From: Lingula anatina
Taxonomy: Eukaryota > Animalia > Brachiopoda
NCBI GenBank assembly: GCA_051362555.1
Contig: CM120642.1
Span: 8,432,001-8,496,000 of the forward strand
Direction of reading: 5' to 3'
Length of the DNA stretch: 64,000 bases
This document shows positions 49,601 through 63,259 of the stretch, piece by piece (positions within the stretch are counted from its first letter, which is position 1; each line of letters opens with the position of its first letter). A program made the position numbers and the translations under genes. The notes below the pieces were generated by a model, which worked only from the letters and a program-made list of their open reading frames with translations, did not search any database and had not been told where the DNA came from.

Positions 49601-52600
49601 GTTAATGCACGAACCTTCACTGGCCGCTGCTGTTCGGCTTGCTGGCTCACACGTGCAGTACACATAGGCCCTGTCATCTCCACTGTTGGTGCAGTTACCG
49701 TTACCGTCACAAAGGCAATGGCAAGGTGCTGAAATATTAAAGAAAATATACAAAGAAACATTCTAAGATATAAAAATATAAAACAACAATAGGACCATTC
49801 AAAAATAAAAGTACCCGAGAAAGCGCTGAAAACTGGCAATAAAAAATGATCCCAAAATTATTGTCGTTTAACCGGTGTATTGGCTATATCTGAAAAGCAA
49901 GTACCGGTAAATATAATTTTGCTGCATCTTCTCTTACTCGTAATTCAAGTCAATGCTGCGTGCATTCATTGTGAGAAACAAAATTGTGTCATTTTTCAGA
50001 TTAATAAAAAATTATGAAATATGGATCTACTTACAGCACTCGAAATTCCTCTCATACCAACCAGGTTTGCATTTGCACACTGTCCCAAAAGGTTCGCCAA
50101 GGACACAATGGCTGCCATATACGTAACTTGCGCAATCCAGGTCATGATTGCAATCCATTCCCAGCACTGGACGAGATGACAAAACAATTGAACATGAGGA
50201 AAATCAAATTAAATGATAACCAATATAATCATTTTAAAACCGTGCTTGTAGCTGTACACAACATGGTTTATTTTTAGCAAAATGATGGCCGACTTTCAGA
50301 TAGTTTTATTCAAACGACAAAGACTTTTAATTAAAATACCAAATATACCATCCCCAAAGATGAATCTCAAATGTCATTTTAGTTACTGCCATAGAAAGTA
50401 GTGTATCGAAGGTAGATTATATTCCCCATATAGAACAACACATCAACATACGGCAATGACACTGTAGAAGATACTATAGAGTAATATAAAACCATTGACG
50501 TTCGATTCCAAGTATTTATATTGAAATATTACATGAATAAAAATAAAAAATTTGTATAGAAATATTTTTTTTTTGAGAAAATATAGAATACAGCTACAGT
50601 TGTTCATTGTATTTCAGTCGTGTTTGTACAAGATTTGACAAGGTTGAAAACGTTAACAGATATATTGAATAATAAAGAGAGTCTACCTTTCTCACAGTTA
50701 CCCATATGATCCGGTGCAAACCCAGGTTTACACTCGCACCTTCCTCTCCTACACACACTGTTGATATCAGAATCCAAGCACATGCAATTAACTCTTGATG
50801 GAACGATTTCTTCATCAAATGCTAAAAAAAGAGAGACCATACACACATCCCATTGCGACAAGTCAGTGTTCCTTACAATCCACAGTAAATTGGTGACCGT
50901 TATCATAGCAATCAAATTGAATTCTTTAGCAACAATGATTTGTTTTGATGATCAAAGTGCCTCAGTTTCAGGCCTCAGTTTCAGGCCTAATAATCTAATT
51001 ACCCGACATTGCTTTGGTAACTGTTGATAATATATATATACTTACTCTGATAACCGTGTGAACCATTGGTGACGATCGTCATTTCAATAATATCAGGTCC
51101 TTTTGGGTCGCTTTCTAAAGTACTGACCGTCAAGTAATAGGTATGTTGTCCCTGTAGACGAACATGAATCTCAGGATTTAATCTTGTATCTCCGTCGTCG
51201 TTTCTAACAATTATGCTTGAAGGCAGAGGTTGTGACGTCGTGGGATCAATGGCGCCATATAATTCAATGAAAGCATCATAGTCTTCATAATCCAACGAAA
51301 TCCAAATGTCGTTGGTGTCTTCTAGAGTGAAACTGTACACAGTGTCCCCTTTTGATAAAACGCTCCGTCCACCTGTGTGTATGTTTGGGGCGTTTTCATT
51401 GCACTTCGTGTTTACGTAATATGTTTGGTTGGAAACCAGTACTCCAAGATCCATGACAAGAACTGACAAAGAAAAGAAGAACACTGGTTTTTGCTTCGAC
51501 GTGTTATTGACAACGGAAAAGGGGAGTGTTATGCAGCAAAGTGGGAAATGATTTACATCTTCTATCATGCGTAGGCCTAAGGGATATAATAAATGTGCTG
51601 AACGCTGCCAAAAATCAGGAACTGATTGTGACAACGACTAAAATCAAGGTCCTCAGCCTGAGCAGAACACCTTGGCTCCTTTTTACAAGTTGACATTTTA
51701 CTGTGAGACCACGTTGCTGTCAATTTGACACGTTATTGCGCTAAAAGCTTTTTGGTCCAAACAACATCTACAGGACTGATTTGAGAACCATTTAGTCCAC
51801 TTATACCCGTCATATATACTATAACATACCGGTCTGTGCTTGTGTAGTATCATCCAAATCCTACCTGTTTCGCAGATCGTTATATGCGTCGACACATTCA
51901 CAACTGAATTAATTGCGTTTAACCCCGTAATATGCAGATCTCTTATCGGCAAGTACCGTTTATCGTCTATCACAGCTATATCGGCCGTTTCTTGTCTAGA
52001 ATGACAGTTGCAGGCAAATCTGAAACAATTTTAGTGGAATCAGATGATTTATACACACCATCTTTATTTCATTTCTGTGGCAGTTAACGCTTTTGTTATG
52101 TACCAGCACTCGTAGATATAAGATATTTCAAAGCGCTGCAGCATTGACTGACTTCTACAAATTGTAACACAGGATTGTCAAGAGACACGATATATTTTAA
52201 TACACAGCGCACTGAAATATTGAGAAACATATTGGGAATTTTCTGCACATTTCTTGCAAAATTGTTGACTAAAAAAATTTTATAACTTTAATTAAAGCAA
52301 CTCACGCATAGATGGTACAAGTTCTGACGGAAATAGACGAAACTAGTGTCCAGACATGTTTTTATCTAAAAAAAAATTAACTGTTTGAATCTACAACTGG
52401 ATGGATCAGAATGCGCACATTGGTTTGCTAAAATATTTTGGATCCATGCCAATTGTAAGACATCCGGGTTACCTCTTATCCACACACGTGTTCTCAAAGG
52501 TTGCATTACATGCGCAGTTTGAACTATTGATTGGTGCTCCCCAGCCCGTGATTGGGTAACCCTGGCGCGAGGTCCACCACGTGCTGCCTCCAAACACGGT

Positions 52601-55600
52601 CGCATTGATGCAGCTGACTCCAATATGCTGAAAAGAAACAGGATTAAGCTCATAATGCATAAAACAATAACAGAGTGAAAATATGCAAAGTCATACCCTT
52701 GGGGGCGGATACAGAGATATTTTCTGAGAGTCTTCCAAATTATCTTTGTTGATCCATCCTCCATTTTTGACCGTCTTCCGACAGAAAAAATAGATACCTG
52801 TCAATGTAAACTTAAAAATCTGACCGTGTTCCGGAAGACCCAGAAAAACGGCCTAAATCCGCCCTTGGCCCTAGTATAACTCGGTGACAGCATAAACTCA
52901 CAGTTCTGCCATTCGATAGATCAAAATATTGCTGGTGTGGCGTGACGAAAGCGTTCTACAGTAGGCCATACGCGTGTTCACTGTTTGAAATTATTTAGTC
53001 AGTGCTGGCAAAAAGATACCGAATGTTTTGTGCCGGTAAGCTTACATGCCAAATGACGGACAAATTTTACGACAGCATTCAGATTCAGACATCGTATTAC
53101 TGGTTACCAGGTCGGTACAACTCTGCGGGGGATTCTCGTTGTGGTGAAATCAGTCATATCAACTTAATTGTCTGACACGACTCCTCGAGCAGCTCCTTTT
53201 AAGCCGATTCTTCTGATTGCACTTGGGCGAAACTCCCTGCACAGTTGGGCCGACCCAGCTAGTACGATGCGTGAATTTGAATGCATCCTACAAAAAAAAA
53301 AAAAAAATAACACGGTGCATTGTGCTGGCTGTCAGTCTGTGCCCTAGGGTTACCTGGGCATAATGGTACAAAGTCTGAGCGCACCTTTGGTGGCGAATGT
53401 GACTTCATGTTGAAAAAATTACCCAGAAAGTAACAAAAATATCACGACCTACTTTGTGTTTCATTCAAGTGGCATTCAAGTGACATTTACCGTACTATCG
53501 GTATCAGTTTAATTCAAGACACCTTACTTATTGCAGTATTAAGATATATACATACACAAATGTATAAATAACGTACTAACCTGTTCACAATTTAATGATA
53601 CATCCGTAATGGCGGACAGAAAGTTTAAATTCAGCCTTTTTTCCTTATACGAGTACGCTAAAGACACATTGCTGTTGCTTTGAAACTGATAATCTCTGTC
53701 ACCGTAAATCGTGAAATCGTTGTATCCTCCAATTTCTGCCTCTTCACATCTGGCGTAAATGGGGGGAATGTTTGGTGATGGATATATCCATGCTTTCATA
53801 CCAGTCGGGAATACATCGTGGCACGTTCTGTAAGCATCTTTATCAAATACATCGTTCATATCTGAAATAAAAACAAATAAATACAGGACTGAAACGATAA
53901 CTCTGCGAATGATCGAATAAACAGGGGTGATCTGAACAAACGTGATATTTGCAAAACGGCAAGCACGTGCTCCCATGCCCAATACACAGCCAGTGTTGGG
54001 TAAGTGACGTAAGATATTATATTTTTACGTGAACTTTAAATATACAAACAAAAAGAGAAATTCAATTGATAAATCAGCACAATTTTAAATTAAACGTAAC
54101 AACACTTGTTCGTGAAAATAAGACTGCATTCCCACAGATTTAGATAGATCCATCTGGATCGACCCAACTCCCTGGGGGTTCAAGCTAAATTGCTGTCAGC
54201 CGAGCGCGCACGGAAGTTAATTACACCCTTACAGCTTTCAGTAGGCGGGACAGACATTTAAGCCGGCTAAGCTGACAGTAATCTACTGAGACTCCCCACG
54301 GGGATAGATCGATCTAAAATCTGTGGGAATATAGTCTTAACTTAATCTATTTAACACATGTTAGACATATTCTGATTGTGGTAAATAAGCGTGCATGCAA
54401 AACTTGACATTTTATAAGAACATCCATAAGCTAATTACCTACCAATTTCGCAAACGAACTGGTACTTATCTTCGCACGGCGTATTAGACAGCGCCCCATT
54501 ATCCCAGTATAATGTCATACAACTGGTGCTGTTCACCCAAATCAACTGATCTGAAAATATAGCGAGGTCAAAGGTCAGATTCAATCTCAGTTACCAAAGT
54601 ACATTTGAGTAGTAAGAAATCGGGCTGAGGGTTCTTTTTCATGTGAGGATTGTGTGAGGAGTGTTTACTTGTTTGTTTGTTTGTTTGTTTACAACATCTT
54701 TTGGGAGGGGGGTAACTATGGCTACCAATGCTTGTTTTAAATTTTCTTTTTTAAAGCCTTATTTATTTCTTCTTGTGTATTTAAATTTTTATGACATCAT
54801 TTTCTTTGTTTTTGAAACAACCCAATAATGCACTGTAACCAAATTCAGTGCAAGTGCACTATTACCTTTAAAATGAGACTCGACTGAAAATCAAAACAGC
54901 TAGACAATAAAGGATTTTCAAAAACAAAGAAAATGATATCATAAAAAATCTAAATACACAAGAAAAATAAATCGGGCTTTATAAAAGAAAATGATTTTAA
55001 AAACATTGGTAGCCATTCTTACCCCCCCCCCCCCCAAAAAAAAAAAAAAAAAAAAAAAAGCAATCCTCTCACAATCCTCACGAAGTGAAGGTGTGTTCAG
55101 ACCAGTAAAATTTAACATTAATAAAAATGAAAATTTATTCGATCTGAGTCGCGGGCTTGGGCGCGCGACTCGTAACAAGTGTCAATAGAAGTTTATATCT
55201 CTTATCTAACGTCAATCTTTTTCTTATCTTATCTTCTTTAATTATAGTAAAGTCACAATAAAGATAAGTCTGTCACGCCAAGGTAGGTATAAAACCAGGC
55301 TACGACCTGACAATAAAGGAGTTTTGATTTTCGTAACTAAACGGTGGTGTTGCATTACTCTTCTCTCCGGGCATAATCCAAGTTGGGGTTCGCGTACCGT
55401 ACCTAGAATCTTCCAGCGTAGGATTAGAGCCCCTAGCGTCTAGATTATACCCGCGGTATATCTAGGAACTTAGTACAAATCGTGAAAAGAACCCTCATCT
55501 TAATTTCTAACCACTCATTTGGTAATTGCAACGAGAGAGAGAGAGGGAGAGAGGAACCATTTCTTACTAGTAATATGCATATGATTGCCGAGATACTGGC

Positions 55601-56152
55601 CCATGAATAATAGCTCTGCTTGGGTTTCAAAATCTACCAGATTGCCGCCATCATTAGCACAGATCCCTCGCGCCATATCCCAAGTAAGTTCAGTCATATA
55701 TAACTTGTAACAGGAAGACCTGTGTCGAAAGTTGTAACCCGCGGGACAAGGTCGATAGTTGTTCACACAGACTGGAACATTGTCGTCTACTAAGTGGGAC
55801 TCGGGGAAGCACAGGCGCCTGTTATTCGGTCGCTTGCACATAAACTTCCCTTCCTCATTGCAATTTAGCGATTTCCACATCCCGTGTTTATCCGGTGGAT
55901 CGAGTGAATCGTAAAACAACCCGGCACAGTTGTCAGCGACATCTCCAGGATTCATGTTCTCATATTTAGCGCTGTTGCCGTCAGTCCAGTGAAATAGTCC
56001 GTCAAGGCCGATGTGAAACCATTCATCAGTAGTTGGCGAACTAATGACATAGATAAAGATACACATTAGTGGACATGACTTTTTAAAGGATTGGTCAGCA
56101 TAAGTATTAAATACGCTACACTCTAAAAGTCAAAGTGGCACAGAACTGTATG

Positions 56153-56204
<52 letters not shown>

Positions 56205-57146
56205 GGAGAGAGAGAGAGAGAGAGAGAGATGGCGGGTCTAGGGGTCACAGAACGCCACGCCTCCCCCCATAGTCCTGAGGTATCCCTCCTCCCACTTTTC
56301 CCTCTAAAAACAAAATAACAAGCGTAACGAGAAAAAATAAGCAAGAGTTTGCACCCTCATTCCTACAGTTATATTGCCCTCGTTAGTATACCGTTTTATA
56401 TTTGTCGACCGAAGCAAGGCAAAATAATATGATATACCTAGGCGACACTGGCTTCTGGGAAACGCCCGTCTCTCCATCTCCAGAAAAGTCAGACTGTTCG
56501 TGGCCCGTGAAGCTTGAATTGACCGCATTTTCGATGCCTACAATAGACTGGACGAAGGCCTGTTCCTCAGCGTCAAGGATGCTCACCAGATGACCTCCTG
56601 ATACAACACAGGAGGCCTCAGCAAGATCGTGTGGCAGTTTGGGTGTTTCAACCAACTTGTAACAGAATGGTGGTTGCGCCGGACTCCGAACCCATCCGTC
56701 TGGACAGCCTGTATCTGTCACGGTAAATACAATTATACGATTATCAAAAGTTTAATATACTTACAACTGTTGTTATTTTAATATTGGGATGGATAAAACG
56801 TTTTTGTAACATTTAATCTGTTGCAGCGTCATACATAAAAGCACATACAGGCGTCCTCGACCATCACTTCTTTCTGATGAATCGTTTATATATCGGAGCT
56901 TGCAATACAGTATACTCAACTAGCACATTCTTAGTATGCAGTTAGGGTTTGCTATTTGCTTGTTATATGCCAGTTGAAGACAGTAAGACTAGAGGACCTA
57001 CCAATAACTGGACGCTGGTACGGTGTCCCTGAGGCTGGCACACGTGGCCTCGGTTCCACCAGTGTGGCCGCCGTGATGTGCTTCCCCTCTGACCAGTTCG
57101 GTGGCAAACTTGCCAGATACTCATCAATTACTGAAATGTGGATCAG

Positions 57147-57210
<64 letters not shown>

Positions 57211-57353
57211 AAACAAAGAATATAAATTATTTGAAATTATTGGTATTTCAATGTGGACCCTTTCTGTGCAATGTGTGGGTAAAATAGTTAATCGCTGATA
57301 ACTTGAAAGCGTAAAAGTTAGTTTGCCTGTCTTAGAACAGCCACAAATCTAAA

Positions 57354-57403
<50 letters not shown>

Positions 57404-60400
57404 CAAAGTTTACTCCACCTTTACGCACTGATTTTTTTTAACAAAGGTCGACTTTCTTTTTAAATATACACAAAGGTGTGTGAACAATGTTAATAAAATC
57501 ACAATTTTATGGGTAAGGTAATATAATTTATGTGTTTTGTTTGTAAAACATCTTCATAGAGGCCCTGCTGAGAATCCCGATACGATAGCGGTACTCTTTG
57601 GGGGTCACAGGATGGCATTTTCTCGAAGGTCCGCTTGTCGTGAAAGAGTCAAAGAAAGGGAATGCTTCTCACTTACGTACGCAAGGAGGAAGTGTTTCCA
57701 AAAAGTTGCCCTTATCACAGGTTAGTACTTTCTTTTTCGTTCCATCTGGAAATATGTGGCCCCTTTTGCATTCTACTGTGGCGTTGTTGGAGAACGGATC
57801 GTAGTACGCGTAAGCTTGTGTTTGAACGCCATCTATTGGGCAACTATTGACTAGGCACTCTACATGAAATATGCAAAGGAAATGTGACCTTTAATTTAAT
57901 TCATTTTTACATATCTAAAAAAAATGAATTTTATAATAGAGGTACATGATAGACAAAACCTTAGAGCAATGATTGCCTTCGACTGCTCAGGTATAGTAAA
58001 AATCGCTCAGTATATAAAGTTTTATTATCATGATAATTTTTACTTTTCATCGTTACTGATAATGCCAATTATTTACTATATAAACTTGTTTTCACAACAC
58101 AAAATATTTAAACACCTAGCCTTATGATCTACCCAATGTCACAGGTACCTGTATAAAACAATAAAGTAAACATCTTGTATCCACAGCAGACTTAAGACTT
58201 ACACGCCCACCCCGACACGCACACCCACAATGAGGGACGCACGCAGGTATGCGCAAACACACCTAACACCAGCAGCGCCCTATTTTCCAATCACACTTTG
58301 ATGGAGCGAGACCCAGTTTCTCCCACCTTTTGGTACAGAGTAGCTGCTACTTCTCATACACACAAAATTATGGCCCGTTTCCGGCCCGATGCAAGAATAG
58401 TTGCCGGCAACAAAGTCCTCCGTTCTTCTGTAGGGCTCTACGTATGCCGTCAGTGCCGAACAGCCTAACCTGGACGACGTGAACGCGAGGGTAGGTCTCT
58501 CCATCAGGGTTGAATCCGACCAGACGGGGGCACTGCCGTTTTTGCTGTGAACGCCTAACCATACCCGCTTGTGGGATGAAAGTTTTATGGTCGAAGCTTC
58601 TCTGAAATCAATAATTCTTAACGAATAGAGAGGTAATAGATACTAAGAAAAAAATATATATGCATTAGTGTTACTTATCTGTACAAGGCAAACTGATTGT
58701 CTGTGTTCTATACGTGAAAATGGAAAAACGACACACCGAAAATGAGTGTAACTTTTTTGTTTTTCATTATTATGCAATAAGTTTACGAGTCAGGAAAAGC
58801 TCCTTTCATCAAGGATCTTTATATTTTTTCTAAATTCTATGTCGTGGATAGATATTAGAGTACACTTTACTTGTACCAGTAGTGAAGCGTGAAAATGCCA
58901 AAAGGCCAGTAACACATACACCGACTTTTCATTGCAACTTCACACATAGTAAGAACGACTTATAGATCTTATTCACTTTAATTGTATCCATTGTAGTCAC
59001 GTTAGTAAACGCACATCAATGACCTGTCCTCTGAAAGATTGCAGTGAAAGGATGTCGACCTTATGTGAAAATAAAACACGTCATTACAACAGATACAGAC
59101 AAGCTTGTTCTAAAAGTGAAAACTAATCCATATAACCATTACCTGTTCAATATAGTTCCCAACACGTGGTCATCCGTTGGATTTTTAGGCATGAACAGCC
59201 GTCCGCACATCTTGGCACAACGGTACACCGCCTGGTCCCAGCTTTCGGCCATAGACCGGGACACACACACCTCACCGTAGCCTGGCAACACCTCAAAGTT
59301 GGGACAGATACCTAAAATATAGACACTGAGCAAAAGTATAAATGTCACGTGTGGATTATAATGGGCTACGGAATCTCTTATCTGTATAGCTTCGGACAGT
59401 ACGGACAGTAATCTGTATAGCTACGGACAGTACGGACAATAATCTGTAGCACATTGAACAACAAAATTCCCTTTTTAAGATTTAATATATAAATAACTCA
59501 TAATGCTGATAATTTAAAAAAGTATTGCGTGGGGCGTTTACATTTTTTGTTCAGAGTGTATTACAGTGCTATACGGGTACTATATAAATAATCATCGCAT
59601 GATCGGCATCATCATATTTTTCTCGAATTTGGAAACAATATCATAAGCTGGTTTGCAATTGAACTTTTTAAATAAATGAATTGTAAAAACTACCTTTATC
59701 ATTTTATTTAATTATAATAATAATAATAATAATAATATATTTATTTAAAGTCTAAAATCCATAAAATATGTTCTGTAGACTTTACAAACTAAAAACTTAA
59801 AACACAGTAAGATGAATTGAATTAATAAAATTATGACTTAATAGTCTGAGTTAAGATAATGATGTCCAGTTAATATTTCCGAGTTATAAAATGTTCTTTA
59901 ATAAAATTTGTGAAAAAGGTATGTTTTTAAAGCTTTTTTAAAATCCTTCACTGAGCTAATGCTTCTCAAGTCTAGAGGTAATTTATTCCACTCATGTGGT
60001 GCTGCGTACTGGAATGATTTTTCGCCAAAAGATTTTAGTCTTGCGTTCTGTGGTTTTAGTAATAATTGATCCTTAGATCTTAAGGTACGGTTTGGTGTGT
60101 AATGGGATACAAGATCACAAATAAAATCTGGTGCAAGTCCGTAAAAAGCCGCATGAGCATGAGTTAAAAGTTTGAATAAGATCCGGGCGTTTACAGGTAG
60201 CCAGTGAAGTTGTTTTAATATCGGTGTCATGTGATTCTCCATAGAAGTTCGGGTAAGAAGACGTGCTGATATATTTTGAATGCGTTGGACTTTCTTTGTT
60301 CTTTCTATGCCGCATCCATAAAGCAAGGAGTTACAGTAATCAAGCCTTGATGTTACTAGGGCATGAATGACCGTGGCAGTGGCAGAACCTGTTAAATTAT

Positions 60401-62295
60401 TTCGTAGGGAACTGATGTTTCTTATGTGATACAAACAAGATTTTTTCACGTTGGCTATCTGCTTGTCCATGTTTAAAGTAGTATCAAAATACACCCCCAG
60501 ATTTTTTGCATGAGGAGAAACCCCAACTATTGCAGATCCAATTTGTAGAGATAGTCCTTCAGCTAAGTGTTTTGAGTGTGGTTGAGTGATGACCATGAAT
60601 TCGGTTTTTTCATCATTTAATTTTAGTTTACTTTTGATCATCCATTCTCGCAAATCTGAAATGGCATAGGTCATTCTAGTTATTGCATCTCCAGGCTTAA
60701 GAATATCACAGTTAAGGTACAACTGGGTGTCGTCTGCATATATGTGATAGCCAACTTGATGATGTCGTAGTATAGCACCCAAGGGTAGTGTGTACATGCA
60801 AAATTTAATCGGTCCAAGAACGCTGCCCTGTGGAACACCAAAAATCATCTGCTCAAGATCTGAAAGTACACCGTTGATGGATATCTGCTGTGTTCTACCA
60901 GTAAGATAAGACCGTAGGAGAGACAACGCCTTGTCCTTAATTCCAGCTGATTTCTCGAAGAATGATAGAAGAGTGTCATGGTCAACTGTATCAAATGCTG
61001 CTGAAAGATCTAATAGCACCAGTAAGACTGCCGAATGATTGTCAACACCAGTCAGAAGGTCATTTTTTATTCTCAGAAGAGCAAGCTCAGTGTTATGTTT
61101 TGCTTTATAAGCCGATTGCATTTGTTCCACCAAGTTATTCTGTTTTAGATGGTCAAATAGCCTCGTTGCCATGACTCTTTCAACCACCTTTGACAAGAAA
61201 TAAAGATTACTCACAGGTCTATAGTGATTAAAGACATTATGATCCAAATTATTCTTTTTCAGAAGAGGTTTGATTACTGCACTTTTGAATGAGTCTGGAA
61301 ATATTCCCTCTTTAAAGCATAAGTTCACCAGTTCTGTGATAAGATTTATGACAGTTGGTAGAATCTGGGTCAGCAGTGTTGTTGGGATGGGAATTATGGC
61401 ACCCCTTCTAAAATAATCCCTGAATTAAAAGCCATCTATTACCCAGAAGCTAGTTAGAAAATAATTACATCACTTGATGACAAAAAAGTATAATCAAAAG
61501 TACAGTGTTTGACAAATAAACTGTCCTGTCGTCCACGATACATTTGTGCACAGTTGAATAGTTCGCTATGTATTTTCAAATAAACAAATAGGTTTTTATT
61601 TGTCAACCGCGGTTAATTTTTTCCGTGCCTAGAAATGAGACTACTCGTTTAATCCCTTTTTTTAAATTTCATCTACTTAAATGAAAGGCAAAATATTGAT
61701 TTAAATGGATGATCATGCAATTTGTTTCAAGTAAAAGACTTGTTAAAACTCCTCGAACGTTTCATCTGACCTTTTCTCTGAACATTCTCCGAATTTCAGG
61801 CTTTATTAATCACTTTAAATCAGTCCATCCAGTAAATACGTACCAGTTTTTTTTTTTTTTTTTTTTTTTTAATTTTATGTAAAAACATCACAACAGTATC
61901 TCATAGTCATGTTTGGCTAATTTATCATTCTTTATATAGATGGCTGAATTTGATCAACGGAATGACGTGAGCGTTTTAACTATTTATTTTGTCGTCTAAC
62001 TTTCTTATAATAGGTACTGCCAAGATTAAAGTTTGATCCATTTTGACATTTTGTATATTAACGATGGATTTCTGATTCAGTAAAAAACGTGACCCACGAC
62101 CGACATGGTAATCACAGCTGTGAGATAAATAGCCTCATTTTCACCGCTGTAACGGTGTGTGGTTGTTTTCATGGCAAGTGTGGAAAGTAAAGTACAAAAC
62201 CTAACGTTACCTCCCATCCCCGTGACGCACGTGGTCGCCAGCAGGACACCAAAAGCCGCCACTGCAGTTATGATATTGAATCTGCTCATATTCAT
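43650..62295 (-). CDS. Gene B2: near-identical tandem copy of B1, apparently intact
   Basis: Same exon series: signal exon 62211-62295, 59143-59311, 58327-58601, 55568-56040, PPC-like 51046-51462, IgGFc 47898-49213, last exon 43650-43888. I saw no stops or frameshifts in the exons I checked, except a 1-nt change altering the last two residues. Confidence 0.8.
47898..49213 (-). CDS. Gene B2 IgGFc-binding domain exon
   Basis: ORF 47733..49430, nearly identical to the B1 exon. Confidence 0.85.
54122..54336. mobile_element. Same MITE family, counterpart of the 34167 copy in unit 2
   Basis: Same position and sequence within the duplication. Confidence 0.8.
59716..61391 (-). mobile_element. 5'-truncated L2/CR1-group LINE in B2 intron 1
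   Basis: Open RT ORF 59898..61328 (KPLLKK, YRPVSNL, LDLSAAFD, GVPQGS, YADD, LHWLPV). 3' AATAAA plus an (ATT)n tail. AATTAT target duplication at 59710-59715 and 61392-61397. Empty site at ~39948 in B1. Confidence 0.92.
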
Positions 62296-63033
62296 ACTCC
62301 TACCGGCGGTCTCCGCAGTATTGGTCAGCACCACTGTCTTCCCCAGCGCACGGGATTCGTCTCACTGAGGGTAAAAGGCACTGAGGGTAAAAGGCACATT
62401 TGACGACCACACAGTGAAGACTGGCATGTGTTGAAGTGACACCTGATCGACAATGACCATGTGACCAATGCCAGTCCAAGGAGAGATGACAAGATCTCCC
62501 TGCTTGACAGCCTTCAGAAATTCTCGGAAATTGGAAGGTCAAGTCCATGTCACTGTGACCTCCAAACAAATATATGAGCATAATAAGAAGATAAAAGAGC
62601 TTTCTTTTGCTTAATTTATAAATTTTAGAGAGAGAGAGAAACTGTAAAGATTTAACGAAAAAAATATATTTCTAAAAACAAAGACGAACAAATTGTTGAA
62701 CTTAAATCTAATCTTTATTGTTCTTGTTTGCATTGATTTTGGCACCTTTTATGATTTATCTGCAAGCTAGTGTCAAAAATATCGTATCCCGTTTTATGGT
62801 TTTCTTTTTCACCTTTTCCCCATTATATCACCTCTTGTATCCTATGATCGAATAAAGAAAGTATACAATTATAAGGATTCCAAGTTTTCCATTTATTCCA
62901 CCTTATCCGAGCCTAGAACACACGAAACTTGTCCGAGCTAATAGCCTCCTCTGCTCCTTATAGGGTCATTTTTTTCAACAAAAAGACGTTTCTTTTTTCA
63001 GTTGACTGACGTAGTCTACATATTGACAGACTA

Positions 63034-63259
63034 GGGTGCTTTCCCAGAGATTTAGATCGATCTAGAGATTAAGATTTAGATCGACCTAACTCCCTGGGGG
63101 TTCACGCTAAATTGCAGTCAGCCGAGCGGGCACCATAGTTAATTACCCCCTTACAGCTTTTAGTAGGCGGGACAGACGCTTAAGCCGGCCAAGCTGACAG
63201 TAATCTAGTGAGACTCCCCACAGGGATAGATCGATCTAAAAATCTATGGAAATGGGGTG
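63034..63259. mobile_element. Same MITE family, counterpart of the 41629 copy in unit 2
   Basis: Same position and sequence within the duplication. Confidence 0.8.
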
